DNA from: Raja brachyura
Taxonomy: Eukaryota
Assembly: GCA_963514005.1 (NCBI GenBank)
Contig: OY740781.1
Span: forward strand, 23,560,001 to 23,624,000
Reading direction: 5' to 3'
DNA length: 64,000 nucleotides
Position numbers and translations under genes: made by a program. Below, piece by piece: positions 1 through 10,844 of this stretch (the first letter of the stretch is position 1; every line of letters starts with the position of its first letter). The notes beneath the pieces were generated by a model. It made no database searches. It worked only from the letters and a program-made list of their open reading frames with translations, and was not told the origin of the DNA.

Positions 1-236
1 CCATAACCGGCACACTCGTCGGGCTGCAAAACTGGCAAGAAAACCCCTGTGAAAAGAGGCTCCTGCCTGAAAAACCCTGGTAAGTAAAAAACGAACTTAC
101 CTTCTAGGTTTAACTTACCGCTGGCAGGAACTCTGTCCTGCCAGTCTGGTGCTTGCGCCAGAGCGGCTGACGTATGGTGCGCATACGGCTTGGCGGGTCT
201 TCTTCACGGAATCACTCACGTGACTCCGAAGTAAAA
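1..236. mobile_element. Terminal fragment of a CpG-rich repeat, possibly a DIRS-type retroelement end
   Basis: CpG-rich segment ending abruptly at tcactcacgtgactccgaagtaaaat; small hairpin ctggcagga...tcctgccag at 121-144. Family assignment is from recollection only. Confidence 0.25.
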
Positions 237-325
237 TTGTCACTTAACCGACTAAGGTACAGTGAAATTTGAGTTTCCATACAGCAATAATAAGTGAAAA
301 GAACACAATACACGCATAAATAAAA

Positions 326-2870
326 TTCCGCTAGCCCCAAGAGTTCTATCTAACTTTCTTTTAAATGCATGCAGTGATTGGCCTCCACTGCCTTCTGTGG
401 CAGAGAATTCCACAAATTCACAACTCTGGGTGAAAAAGTTATTTTATCATCTCAGTATTAAATGGTCTCCCCTTTATTCTTAGACTGTGGCCCCTGGTTC
501 TGGATGCCCCTAACATTGGGAACATTTTTCCTGCATCTAGCTTGTCCAGTCCTTTTATAATTTTATATGTTTATAAGATCCCCTCTCATTCATCTAAATA
601 CCAGTGAAATCAAGCCCAGTCTTTCCAATCTTTCCTCATATGACAGTCCTGCCATCCCGGGGATTAACCGAGTGAACCTATGCTGCACTGCTCCAATAGC
701 AAGGATATCCTTCCTAAAAGACCAAAACTGCAAACAATATTCCAGATATGGTCTCACCAGGGCCATGTACAACTGCAGAAGGACCTCTTTACTCCTATAC
801 TCAAATCCTCTCGTTATGAAGGCTAACATGCCATTAGCTTTCTTCACTGCCTGCTGTACCTGCATGTTTACTTTCAGTGACTGGTGACAAGGACACCCAG
901 ATCTCGTTGCACTCCCCTTTTTCCTAATCTGACATCATTGTGATAATAATCTGCCTCCTTGTTCTTGCTGCCAAAGTGGATAACCTCACATTTATCTACA
1001 TTATACTACATCTGTCATGCATCTGCCCACTCACTCAACCAGTCCAAGTCACCCTGCAACCTCCTAGCATCCTCTCCACAGTTCACACTGCACCCAGCTT
1101 TGTGTCCTCTTCAAATTTGCTAGTCTTACTTTTAATCCCATCATCTAAATCATTAATATTGTAAATAGTTGCGGCCCCAGCACCGAGCCTTGCGGCACTC
1201 CACTCGCCACTGCCTGCCATTCTGACAGGGACCCGTTTATTCCTACTCTTTGTTTCCTGTCTGCCAACCAATTCTTTGTCCATGTCAATACCTTACCCCC
1301 TATACCATAATTTTGCCCACAAATCCCCTGTTTGGAACCTTGTCAAAGGCTTTCTGAAAGTCCAGATACACTACATCCACTGGCTCTCCTTCATCCATTT
1401 TAATTGTCACATCTTCAAAAAATTCCAGAAGATTAGTCAAGCAGGAGTTCCACGTCATAAATCCATGCTGACTTGGACCAATCCTTTTACTGCTATCCAA
1501 ATGTGGCAAATCCAATTATCTTTAATAGTTGACTCCAGCATCTTCCCCACCACCGACGTCAGGCTAACTGGTCTATAATTCCCAGTTTTCTCTCTCACTA
1601 CTTTCTTGAAAACTGGGTTAACATTAGCTAACTTCCAATCCACAGAACAGATCCTGAACCTATAGAACATTGGAAAATGATCACCGATGCGTCCATGATT
1701 TCGAGAGCCACCTCCTTGGGTACCCTGGGATGAAGACCATCAGCCCTGGGGATTTATCAGCCTTCAGTCCCATCAGTCTACCCAATACTATTTCTTGCCT
1801 AATGCAAATTTCTTTCAGTCTCCCTAGATCCTCTGTCCTCTAGTACATCTGGGAGATTGTTTGTGTTTTCCTTAGTGAAGACAGAACCAAAGTACCTGTT
1901 CAACTCTTCTGTCATTTCCTTGTTCCCCATAATAATGTCATCTTTTTCTCTTTACACTTAATACTTATCATATTATGGTCACTACCTCCTAGCGGTTCCT
2001 TTACCTTGAGTTCCCTTATTAAATCTAAATCCAGAATTGCCATCTCTCTGGTAGGCTCCAGTACAAGCTGCTCTAAGAATCCATCTCGGAGGCACTCTAC
2101 AAACTCCTTTTCTTGGGGTCCAGAACCAACCTGATTGTCCATGCAATCTGCATATTGAAATCTTCCATAACCACAGTGGCATTACCTTTGGTACATGCCA
2201 ATTTTAACTTGTGCTGCAACTTGCACCCTATATCCAGGCTACTGTTATGGGGCCTGTAGATAACTCCCATTCGTGATTTCCTTAGTTCCATCCACAGCGA
2301 CTCTACATCGTCAGTCCCTATGTCACCCCATGCTAGGGACTGAATCTCAACCCTCGCCAACAGAGCTACCCCACCTCCTCTGCCCACCTGCCTGTCCTTT
2401 CTATAGGACGTACAACCCTGGATATTCAGTTCCCAGTCCTGATCCTCCTGCAATTTTAACTTGTGCTGCAACCTGCACCCAATATCCAGGCTACTGTTTG
2501 GGGTCCTGTAGATAACTCCCATTCGTGTCTTCTTACCTTTTACAATTCATAAATTTTATCCATAGCGACTATACTTCATCAGTCCCTATGTCACCCCTCG
2601 CTAGGGAATACATTTCATCCCTCTCTGTAATCCCCACAATGTCATATCTACCAATCTCTAACTGAGCCTCAAGCTCATCCACTTTACTTCTTATACTTTG
2701 TGCATGCATATATACTTTTAATCCATTACTCACCGCACCTTTCACATCAAATCCTATTTCACTTGGCCATACTCTGCTATCCCTTTGTGAGCTTTCTGTC
2801 CTGTTAATGCTGGTCTCTTTCTTAACTTTTCCTATATTCTCTTTCCTTTTAACTCCATCCTTATATTTCC
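326..2870 (-). mobile_element. Decayed CR1 LINE ORF2 (endonuclease + RT) and 3' end, internally deleted and duplicated
   Basis: Frameshifted fragments VDVVYLDFQKAFDKVP, GNYRPVSLTSVVGKMLES, RKDRQVGRGGGVAL, EPLGGSDHNMI, RPYLEYCLQFW. Confidence 0.9.
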
Positions 2871-3277
2871 AAATTGTCTCCTTCAAAGATTTCTTGCACA
2901 TCGTGTTCTTCCATCGTGTTTAAAAATCAACAGTCAACAAAGTCTAAGCATTTGGTGCATAACTTTCATGCAACAATCAGGACACACTTCACAAATATAA
3001 ACAAAGTTATTTAACAAGCGGAGTAGTGATCCTGACACAAAGCTTAGCCCCGTATTCTGTCATGTCATCCTCTTTTATGCAACAGTTACCTGTGGGGACC
3101 ATACAGTCCCATCGCCATTTTAAGAAGTTCAAAGCTAAAATATCCATTGCATCAGAGGAGCTATTACCTTAATGATTGGAGAACTACACTTTTTGACTTG
3201 CAGGCCTATCAGTCAAGGAACGGTGACAAGCCAAAACTTGCCAAAACTCCTTTGCATTTAAAAACCGGTTGACATAC

Positions 3278-3424
3278 CCTCTGGTAGTCCTGTTGTTTGT
3301 TGATATATTGCATCTGCCCAATCAAACGATGAATTATTTTCTGCACATCATTCATTGTGTCCTTGGCTCCATCAAGAGATGCTTCATTGTTATGTTCACC
3401 AACCTGAATGTCCAAATTGATGCG
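3278..3424 (-). CDS. TMED11: TMED11-like p24 protein, exon 4 (end of GOLD domain and coiled coil)
   Basis: ttttacag|CGC...CAGAGG|gtatgt; 147 bp, phase 0/0; RINLDIQVGEH...QMQYINKQQDYQR matches the p24-alpha RxHLDIQVGEH...QxYQR pattern. The final exon (TM + KKxx) was not found in the window. Confidence 0.9.
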
Positions 3425-3559
3425 CTGTAAAATAAAAACACTATAACCTGACAGGGAATTACATTTAGATACAATTACCTCTGAGGAAATTATCTTTATT
3501 TCGTTCAATATTGAGAATTTTGAATTAAGTTCATGGAAAACACAAAATTAGATGGAAAG

Positions 3560-4380
3560 GCAAGAAAGTGAGGAGAATATAACCAGTGTTATAAACAGTG
3601 ATAGGTTCAGTAAGTCGGCAAGTGGAGTATTATGTGGAAAAAAACCATGAAGATCATTTTGGAAGGAAGAAAGAAACTAATGTTATTTCAATGGAGATAA
3701 ACTACGGAATGCTGCTGCACAATGGGATTTGTGGGTTCTCACTGAACAGAAAGCTAGTGCATAATTGTGGCAGTAAAAGGAGAACTAATGGTACCCTGGC
3801 TGTTATTTCAAGGGTGTTGGAGGTTAAAGTATGGAAGTGTTACTGCAGATGCAGAAGCCACTAATGAAACAACATCGAAAGTACTGCAAATAATTTTGGT
3901 TCTCCCATTTTAGTAAAAATTCTATCACTTCGAAGGCAGTTCAGAGAGGATTCAATAGGATGATCCTGGAAAGCGGGGTTACCTTACAAGGAGAGGTTAA
4001 ATAAGTTATTGAGAAGCAATCTTATTGAAATCTCACTGAGGCAATCTTATTCAAAATTTAAGAGAATGAGATGGTAGAAATGCTGAGGAACTACTTCATC
4101 TCAAAGGAAATACCAGAACCAGAAAACATAGTCTAAGGAGGCACCCATTTAATTCTGAGGCGAGGAATAATTTATTCTTTGAGAGGGTTCTGAGTCTTTG
4201 GAACTCCACAGAGTTCTTGTGTCTGTTTAAAGCTATTTGGATTTCTAATCAGTGAGGGAACAAGGCTTATAAAATAAATAGCAGGAAAACAGATAAGGAA
4301 TGCCGAAACGGCCACAATCCTATTGAAAGATTAGAAACAGCAAGATGTTTTACTTTTGTATTCATATCTTATGGTCTTAA
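3560..4380 (+). mobile_element. Old, highly decayed CR1 3' half
   Basis: Degenerate similarity to younger CR1 copies in the window (gaaggcagttcagagaggattc, gagtctttggaactc, 3' tail). Confidence 0.65.
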
Positions 4381-4457
4381 ATTGAATTCCCTTCCAAAAG
4401 CAAAGAGCAAAACACTTCATGTTGTTAAAGAAGGAACTGCAGATGCTGGAGAATCGA

Positions 4458-4646
4458 GGGTTACACAAAAAGCTGGAGAAACTCAGCGGGTGCAGCAGCA
4501 TCTAAGGAGCGAAGGAGATAGGCGACGTTTCAGGTCGAGACCCTTCTTCAGACTGAAGAAGGGTCTCGACCCGAAACGTCGCCTATCTCCTTCGCTCCTT
4601 AGATGCTGCTGCACCCGCTGAGTTTCGCCAGCTTTTTGTGTAACCC
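4458..4646. repeat. 189-bp near-perfect palindrome of a Penelope-derived short repeat
   Basis: gggttacacaaaaagctgg...cttcag A ctgaag...ccagctttttgtgtaaccc; 94-bp arms, 1-nt centre at 4552, 2 mismatches seen. Confidence 0.95.
4553..4580 (+). ncRNA. Minimal hammerhead-ribozyme-like core (representative copy)
   Basis: CTGAAGA-A-GGGTC-TC-GACCC-GAAAC-GTC = CUGANGA box, stem II, GAAA box, NUH triplet; stem I is not evident. Confidence 0.4.
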
Positions 4647-4896
4647 AGAAAAACACTTCAGATGTGTTTGCATGGAAAATGCTGGGAACTATAGGCCAGT
4701 GAGCTACAAACTCCATACACACAGCACCCGTCGTCAGGATCTAACCTAGGTCTCTGGAGCTATACTGCAGCAACTCTACCTCTGCCCCGCTATGCCGCCC
4801 TAGATTAGATCTCAACATTACCACTAATGGCCACATTTCATTAGAAAACAAGGTAAGCAGAAGGTTTTCTGCTTACCTTCCTGCATCTAGCCTGTC

Positions 4897-5257
4897 TTAA
4901 GGGGTTGGACAGGCTAGATGCAGGAAGATTGTTCCCGATGTTGGGGAGGTCCAGGACAAGGGGTCACAGCTTAAGGATAAGGGGGAAATCCTTTAGGACC
5001 GAGATGAGAAGGACTTTTTTCACACAGAGTGTTGGGTCTCTGGAACTCTCTGCCACAGAGGGTAGTTGAGGCCAGTTTATTGTCTATATTTAAGAGGGAG
5101 TTAGATGTGGCCCTTGTGGCTAAGGGGATCAGAGGGTATGGAGAGAAGGCAGGTACGGGATACTGAGTTGGATGATCAGCCATGATCATATTGAATGGCG
5201 GTGCAGGCTCGAAGGGCCGAATGGCCTACTCCTGCACCTAATTTCTATGTTTCTATG
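4897..5257 (+). mobile_element. Young 5'-truncated CR1 3' end
   Basis: Encodes the CR1 ORF2 C-terminus (...GIRGYGEKAGTGY*) and ends in the ttctatgtttctatg tail. Confidence 0.92.
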
Positions 5258-5407
5258 ATTTATGAATTTGGTTGTTTTTTGTATAGCATCGTGAAGCTTT
5301 GTGCTGCATTTATTAAGTATATATTGGCATTAGTCATTGTACTAATAATTTATCATTTGTTCACAGTTTAGTAAAATAAAAATATGATGCCAAAATGATG
5401 CACATAC

Positions 5408-5533
5408 CAATTTCTCTCCAGCAAACACTGCTAGTTTGGTGGAGTTGGAAGACAGGCAGATGTAGTGCTCCCCTGGAGAGTGCGAATGAAATGTAAAATG
5501 ACTTTCTGGACCATATAATTTATGTAGCAAAAT
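5408..5533 (-). CDS. TMED11: TMED11-like exon 3 (GOLD domain)
   Basis: aaaacag|ATT...AAATTG|gtatgt; 126 bp, phase 0/0; [42 protein letters not shown] contains the p24-alpha FTFxSHxPGEHxICL motif and second GOLD Cys. Confidence 0.93.
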
Positions 5534-5674
5534 CTGTTTTTAAGAGAGAAGCATTATTTAGCCAATGATTAAATCATTTATACTTTTTTTTTGTTTTTCT
5601 TGCAGCTTTACAGAGAGTTGATATGACCACTCCTGGAACGTTGCAAAATTTTGCACTCCATATTTAAGAAATAA

Positions 5675-6566
5675 CTAGACCAAGTGGGACCCGTTGGGCC
5701 CCGTCCCCTCAACGCGCGGTTGCGGGGTGTGGGTGGCCTTCGGCGTCACACACACACACACTAACCACCCTCCACTGACGCATAGTCTCCAACTCTTAGG
5801 CACGTCTAGAGAGGGAGGGGGGTAGAGAGAGAGGGGGCAGAGACAGAGCGAGAGAGGGGCAGAGAGAGGGGCGCAGAGAGAGAGAGAGAGAGAGAGAGGT
5901 GGTACAGAGAGGGGAGGGGGGATGGGGGAGGGTGGGTGAGAGAGAGGGGAGTTCGGGAGCTCTTAGGTACAGGGCCTGACTTGCTTGTTCTTTCTGCGTC
6001 TTCTGCACCCAAAAGGAGGGGGGAGAGGCCGGGGGAGGGAGGGAGAAGGGGGGGGGGGGGAGGGAGGGAGAAGGGGGGGGAGGTAGATGGGGAGGAGGGG
6101 GGAAGGTGGGGGTGAGAGGGGGCAGTGGGAGAGGGGATGAGAGAGGGGGGAGTAAGAGGGATGGCGGGGGGAGAGAGAGGAGGGGGAGAGAGAGTGCGAG
6201 GATAGGGAAGGGGGGGTGGAAGAGAGGCCACGGGGACGGGGGGAACAGAGGCAGGGCGGGGGGTGGTGGAAGAGAGAGGCCGGGGGGGAAAGAGAGGCCG
6301 AGGGGGGGAGAGAGAGGAGCCGACCGAGGAGCTAAGAGAAAGCCATCCCCGAGAGAAATCGACCCCCGAATGTCTTTTGGGGGGGTGTGGGGAGATGGAG
6401 GAGGGGGGATGGGGAGAGGGGAGAGGAAGGGGGGGAGAGAGAGAGAGAGGAGGGGGAGAGAGGGGCGAGAGAGAGGGGGCAGAGGAGGTTGGGGGAGAGG
6501 GGTGAGAGAGGGGGGGGGCAGAGAGAGAGGGGAACAGAGGCGGGGTGGGGAATATAAATATTAAGA
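5675..6566 (-). mobile_element. Non-autonomous Helitron-like element with G/A-rich low-complexity interior
   Basis: Minus-strand 3' end ggggccc-aac-gggtccc hairpin then acttggtCTAG|T; candidate 5' TC end (tcttaatatttatatt) at 6566. Confidence 0.5.
5808..6550 (+). repeat. Polypurine (GA)n/G-run low-complexity tract
   Basis: Long runs of G and GA on the + strand; source of the Pro-rich and Gly/Arg-rich spurious ORFs. Confidence 0.9.
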
Positions 6567-7023
6567 GGTTAGGAAATAGAATTATTGAAACTACTATTGG
6601 CTGAAACTAACTATGATTATTTTTTATCAATTTGTGGCTGTGATCTGAAGCCACTCCAGAAATGGAGAAACCAGTTTATCAAATGTTGATTGATTTTTGA
6701 CAGTCTGGGAATATAGAGGCTGATCAAAGGAAAACAGTCTCACTGTATCATGATGCTGATTACTCAGTTTGTTAGCACCAATATTGCAACAGAGAATGAA
6801 AAACGATCATAAATGCTATTTTGCATTAAAAACATTAAAGAGTGCAGATTGTACAATTAGCATGTGAGTCAAAAGGATATGTTCACATTTCAGATTTATC
6901 CTTCCAGTTCTAATAAACAATTACATCTGACCCATTAATCATTCAATTGCTTGGTTTGCATCATTCAGCAGAGATTGCATTGTAATAATTTATTAAAATC
7001 CATAATCTAAGGTGCTATTGTAC

Positions 7024-7124
7024 CTGTTCACCTGGACCCTTGATGTTCACAACCAAACCCAAACCTGGGGCAGAAGGAAAGAAATCATGCGTTGCAAAAT
7101 CCCAAGATTGCATTTTGTATCTTC
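7024..7124 (-). CDS. TMED11: TMED11-like exon 2
   Basis: cttttcag|GA AGA TAC...GAACAG|gta; 101 bp, phase 1/0; (G)RYKMQSWDFATHDFFPSAPGLGLVVNIKGPGEQ has the PS(A/T)PGLG motif of p24-alpha. Absent from the ORF track; found by manual translation. Confidence 0.9.
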
Positions 7125-7429
7125 CTGAAAAGATAAAGGAGATTTACGGTTGTAATATACTAGATTCAATTACTGTTTTCTTGATTACCATTAACAACTA
7201 TGGAGAAATAGGCTATAATGTGACATTACATCATGGAACTTCGTGCTTCTCAAATCCACCTTCCCATCCCATGCAACATATTCTTAGAAGGCAAAACAGC
7301 AACTTTAAGCCCCGATTGAGTCTTATCTTGGGGCTTAATTTAAGAAACAAAATCCATAAGACCACCAAAAAATTTCCTATAGGAACTGAGTAAGTATAGT
7401 TTTAGAGGAAAATGGACAGACAATGGTCT

Positions 7430-7945
7430 TGATTTGGGCCCCAAATCTGAGGAAGGATGTCCTAGCATTGGAGAGGATCCAGAGGGGGTATACGAGAATG
7501 ATCCCAGCAATGATTGGGCAAACATATGATGAGGGTTTGAAGGCACTGGGCCTGTACTCGCTGGAGTTTAGAAGGATGAGGGGACTCCTCATTGAAACTT
7601 ACTGAATAGTGAAAGGCCTGGGGAGAGTGTATGTTGAGAGGATGTTTCCACTAGTGAGAGAGTCTAGGACCAGAAGCCATAGCCTCAGAATAAAAAGATG
7701 TTCCTTGGGAGATGAGAAGGAATTTATTTAGTCAGAAGGTGTTGAATCTGAAATTAATTGCCACAGGCGGCTGTGGAGGCCAAGTCAATGGATATTGGTA
7801 AGGCAGAGTGACAGATTCTAGATAGGTAACGGTGTCAGGAGTTATGGGGCGAAGGCAGGGGAATGGAATTGAGAGGGAAACATAGATCAGACATGATTGA
7901 ATGACGGAGTAGACTTGATGGACCGAATGGCCTAATTTTGCTCCA
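7430..7945 (+). mobile_element. CR1 3' fragment
   Basis: WAPNLRKDVLALERIQRGYTRMIP...LYSLEFRRMRG plus CR1 3' UTR. Confidence 0.88.
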
Positions 7946-7954
7946 AGAATTCTA

Positions 7955-9410
7955 TCCCCTACTCCCAATTCTTCCGTCTACGCCTCATCTGCTCCCAGGA
8001 TGAGGTGTTCCATACCAGGGCATCGGTGATGTTCTCATTCTTTAGGGAACGGGGGATCCCCTCTTCCATTATGCATTGAAAAGATGCATTGAACAAGCTC
8101 TAGGCTTGTATTCACTGGAGTTTAGAAAGATGAGGGGGGATCTTATAGAAACGTATAAAAGGACTGGACAAGCTAGATGCAGGAAAAATGTTCCCAATAT
8201 TGGGCGAGTCCAGAACCAGGGGCCACAGTCTCAGAATAAAGGGGAGGTCATTTAAGACTGATCTGAGAAAAAACTTTTTCTCCCAGAGAGTTGTGAATTT
8301 ATGGAATTCTCTGCCACAGAGGGCAGTGGAGGCCAAATCACTGGATGGATTTAAGAGAGAGTTCGATAGAGCTCTAGGGGCTAGTAGAGTCAAGGGATAT
8401 GGGGAGAAGGCAGGCACGGTTTATTGCTAGGGGACAATGAATGGCAGTGCTGGCTCGAAGGGCCAAATGGCCTCCTCCTGCACCTATGTTCTATGTTTCT
8501 ATGAGGCTCTCACTAGGGTCTCTATATACCGCAGCTCCACTCTTACTCCCCCTTCCCCTATTCGTAACAATGACAGAGTCGCCCTTGACCATCACTTTCT
8601 ACCCCATCTGCTGTCGCATAGAACATATAATCCTCCAACATTTTCGCCACCTCCAATGGGATCCCACTACTGGCCATATCTCCCCATCTCCACCCCTTTC
8701 TGATTACCGCAGAGACCGTTCCCTCCATAACTCCCTGGTCAATTCATCCCTTCCCGCCCAAACCACCCCCTCCCCAGGTACTTTCCCCTGCAACCGCAGG
8801 AGATGCAACACTTGTCCTTCTACCTCCCCCATCGACTCCATCCAAGGACCCAATTAGTCTTTCCAGGTGAGGCAGAGGTTCACTTGCACCTCCTCCAACC
8901 TCATCTACTGTATCCGCTGTTCCAGGTGTTAACTTCTCTACATCTGCGAGACCAAGCGCAGGCTCGGCGATTGTTTCGCTGAACACCTCCGCTCAGTCCG
9001 TCGTAACCAACCTGATCTCCCGGTTGCTCAGCACTTCAAATCCCTCTCCCATTCCCAATCTGACCTTTCTGTCCTGGGCCTCCTCCATTGTCAGAGTGAG
9101 GCCCAGCGCAAATTGGAGGAACAGCACCTCGTATTTCACTTGGGTAGTTTACACCCCAGCGATATGAACATTGACTTCTCTAATTTCAGATAGCCCTTGC
9201 TTTCCCCCTCCCCCTTCACAGTTCTCCTACAAGTCCTATTGTCTCCGCCCACTTTCTCTCTTTTTCCTGCCCCCCCCCCGACATCAGTCTGAAGAAAGGT
9301 CTCGACCCAAAACATCACCCATTCCTTCTCTTCATAGATGCTGCCTCACCCACTGATTAATCCAGCATTTTGTGTCTATCTTTGATTTTATCCAGCATCT
9401 GCAGTTATTT
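7955..9410 (+). mobile_element. Penelope-like retroelement remnant (RT C-terminus, GIY-YIG endonuclease, terminal repeat), interrupted by a CR1
   Basis: PCNRRRCNTC zinc-knuckle linker, then FTCTSSNLIYCIRCSRC*LLYICETKRRLGDCFAEHLRS (GIY-YIG), followed by the ctgaaga...aaac terminal motif at 9289. Confidence 0.88.
8085..8502 (+). mobile_element. CR1 3' end nested in the Penelope remnant
   Basis: MFPILGESRTRGHSLRIKGRSFKTDLRKNFFSQRVVNLWNSLP; ttctatgtttctatg tail; Penelope sequence resumes afterwards. Confidence 0.9.
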
Positions 9411-10844
9411 CTCACACAAAATGTTGTCTGTCCATTTTCCTCCATACATGCTGTCTGACCTATTGAGTTTATAGAGCACTTTGATTTTTGTTCAAGATTC
9501 CAGCAACTGCCGTCTCTTGTAACTTCCTCTTCGAAACCAACAATAGTTTTGTAAAATATTTCAGAATATCTGAAAGTCTAATTGTTCTTTAGGAAGTGTT
9601 CAGTTGTCTGGAGTTTCTAATCAGTCAAGTGCCACCACTTTCATCTGACGTCAAAGTGAATTGCCAAATGGACTCTGGTGTATGTAACCCCATTTCAATG
9701 TGATTTGCAATCAGGTCCCTGCTGTAGAGTGGTGTCAGTTTTAGAGATATCACAAGTCTTGTGAGCAGATACTTCATTTCAACAACAATCTTAACGTAGT
9801 AGAACAAAGAATCGCAGATGCTGGTTAATACACAAATAAACATAATGTGCTGGAGTAACTAAGCGGGTCAGTCTGAAGAAGGGTCTTGAACCGAAACATC
9901 ATCTATCCATGTTCTCCAAGGATGCTGCCTGACCCGCTAAGTTACTCCAGCACTTTGTGTTCTTAATAACATAAATAGATTCCTGAGAGAATAGAAGGAC
10001 AAGCAATGTGAATCTCCCCATGAGACATATAACACAAAATCTGACGCACTTACCCTCAACCAACCTCTAACTATGTACTTTAGAAATGAGACAATCTGTC
10101 TACAATAATTTACAGTGATTATCCCTTGATAAAAGATTTTCAAGACATTGTTGGAACAACACAAGCCAAGAAATGTGATTGCAAAGCTTTGGGTATTTCA
10201 TCATGTTATAGTGCACTAACAATGTAAACCAGAGTAAATGACATTAACATTCACTTATGGATCATATTGTGCTAATCACTAAATTGGATTGGGCATTTTT
10301 GGTCAAGTTCCTTTTTTTTAGGTCTGGTCTGCCGTATAAATTCAACAATAGGCTTGCCATTAACAACATACTACAAAGCAAAGAAGCTTAATCTGAATTT
10401 AATTGCTACTTAACTACCACATGATGTTAATTGGTCTCATTCTATCAGGGATGCTCCCTTTGTTCCAAGCACCGCTGCTAATTAAAATAAATAATTAAAT
10501 TGGAAAGTATACAGAGAAGATTTACGAGGACATCGCCAGGACTCAACGGTCTCAGCTGTAGGGAGACGTTGGGCAGGCTGGGACTTTATTTATTGGAGTA
10601 CAGGAAACTGAGAGTTATCTCAGGTATGTAAAATCATGAGGGGAATGGAGAAAGTAAATACACTGTATCTTACCCAGGGTTAGGGAAATCAAGAACCAGA
10701 GGACTGAGGATAAAAGAGGGGCAACATTTAATAGGAACCTGAGGGGCAACCTTTTCACACAGAGGTGGTGTGTATTTGGAACAAACTGCCAGAAGAGGTG
10801 GTTCAGGCAGGTATTATAAGAGTATTTAAAATACTCTTGGACAG

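Noticed and set aside
1-3277. Search for TMED11 terminal exon (TM helix + KKxx)
   Set aside because: No matching peptide found; the region is almost all CR1, so the exon presumably lies left of the window.
5796-6564. Pro-rich and Gly/Arg-rich ORFs of 70-152 aa
   Set aside because: Translation of low-complexity G/A tracts inside an intron.
9625-9843. 72-aa minus-strand ORF as an extra TMED11 exon
   Set aside because: No p24 similarity; exons 1 and 2 already join in phase with no missing sequence.
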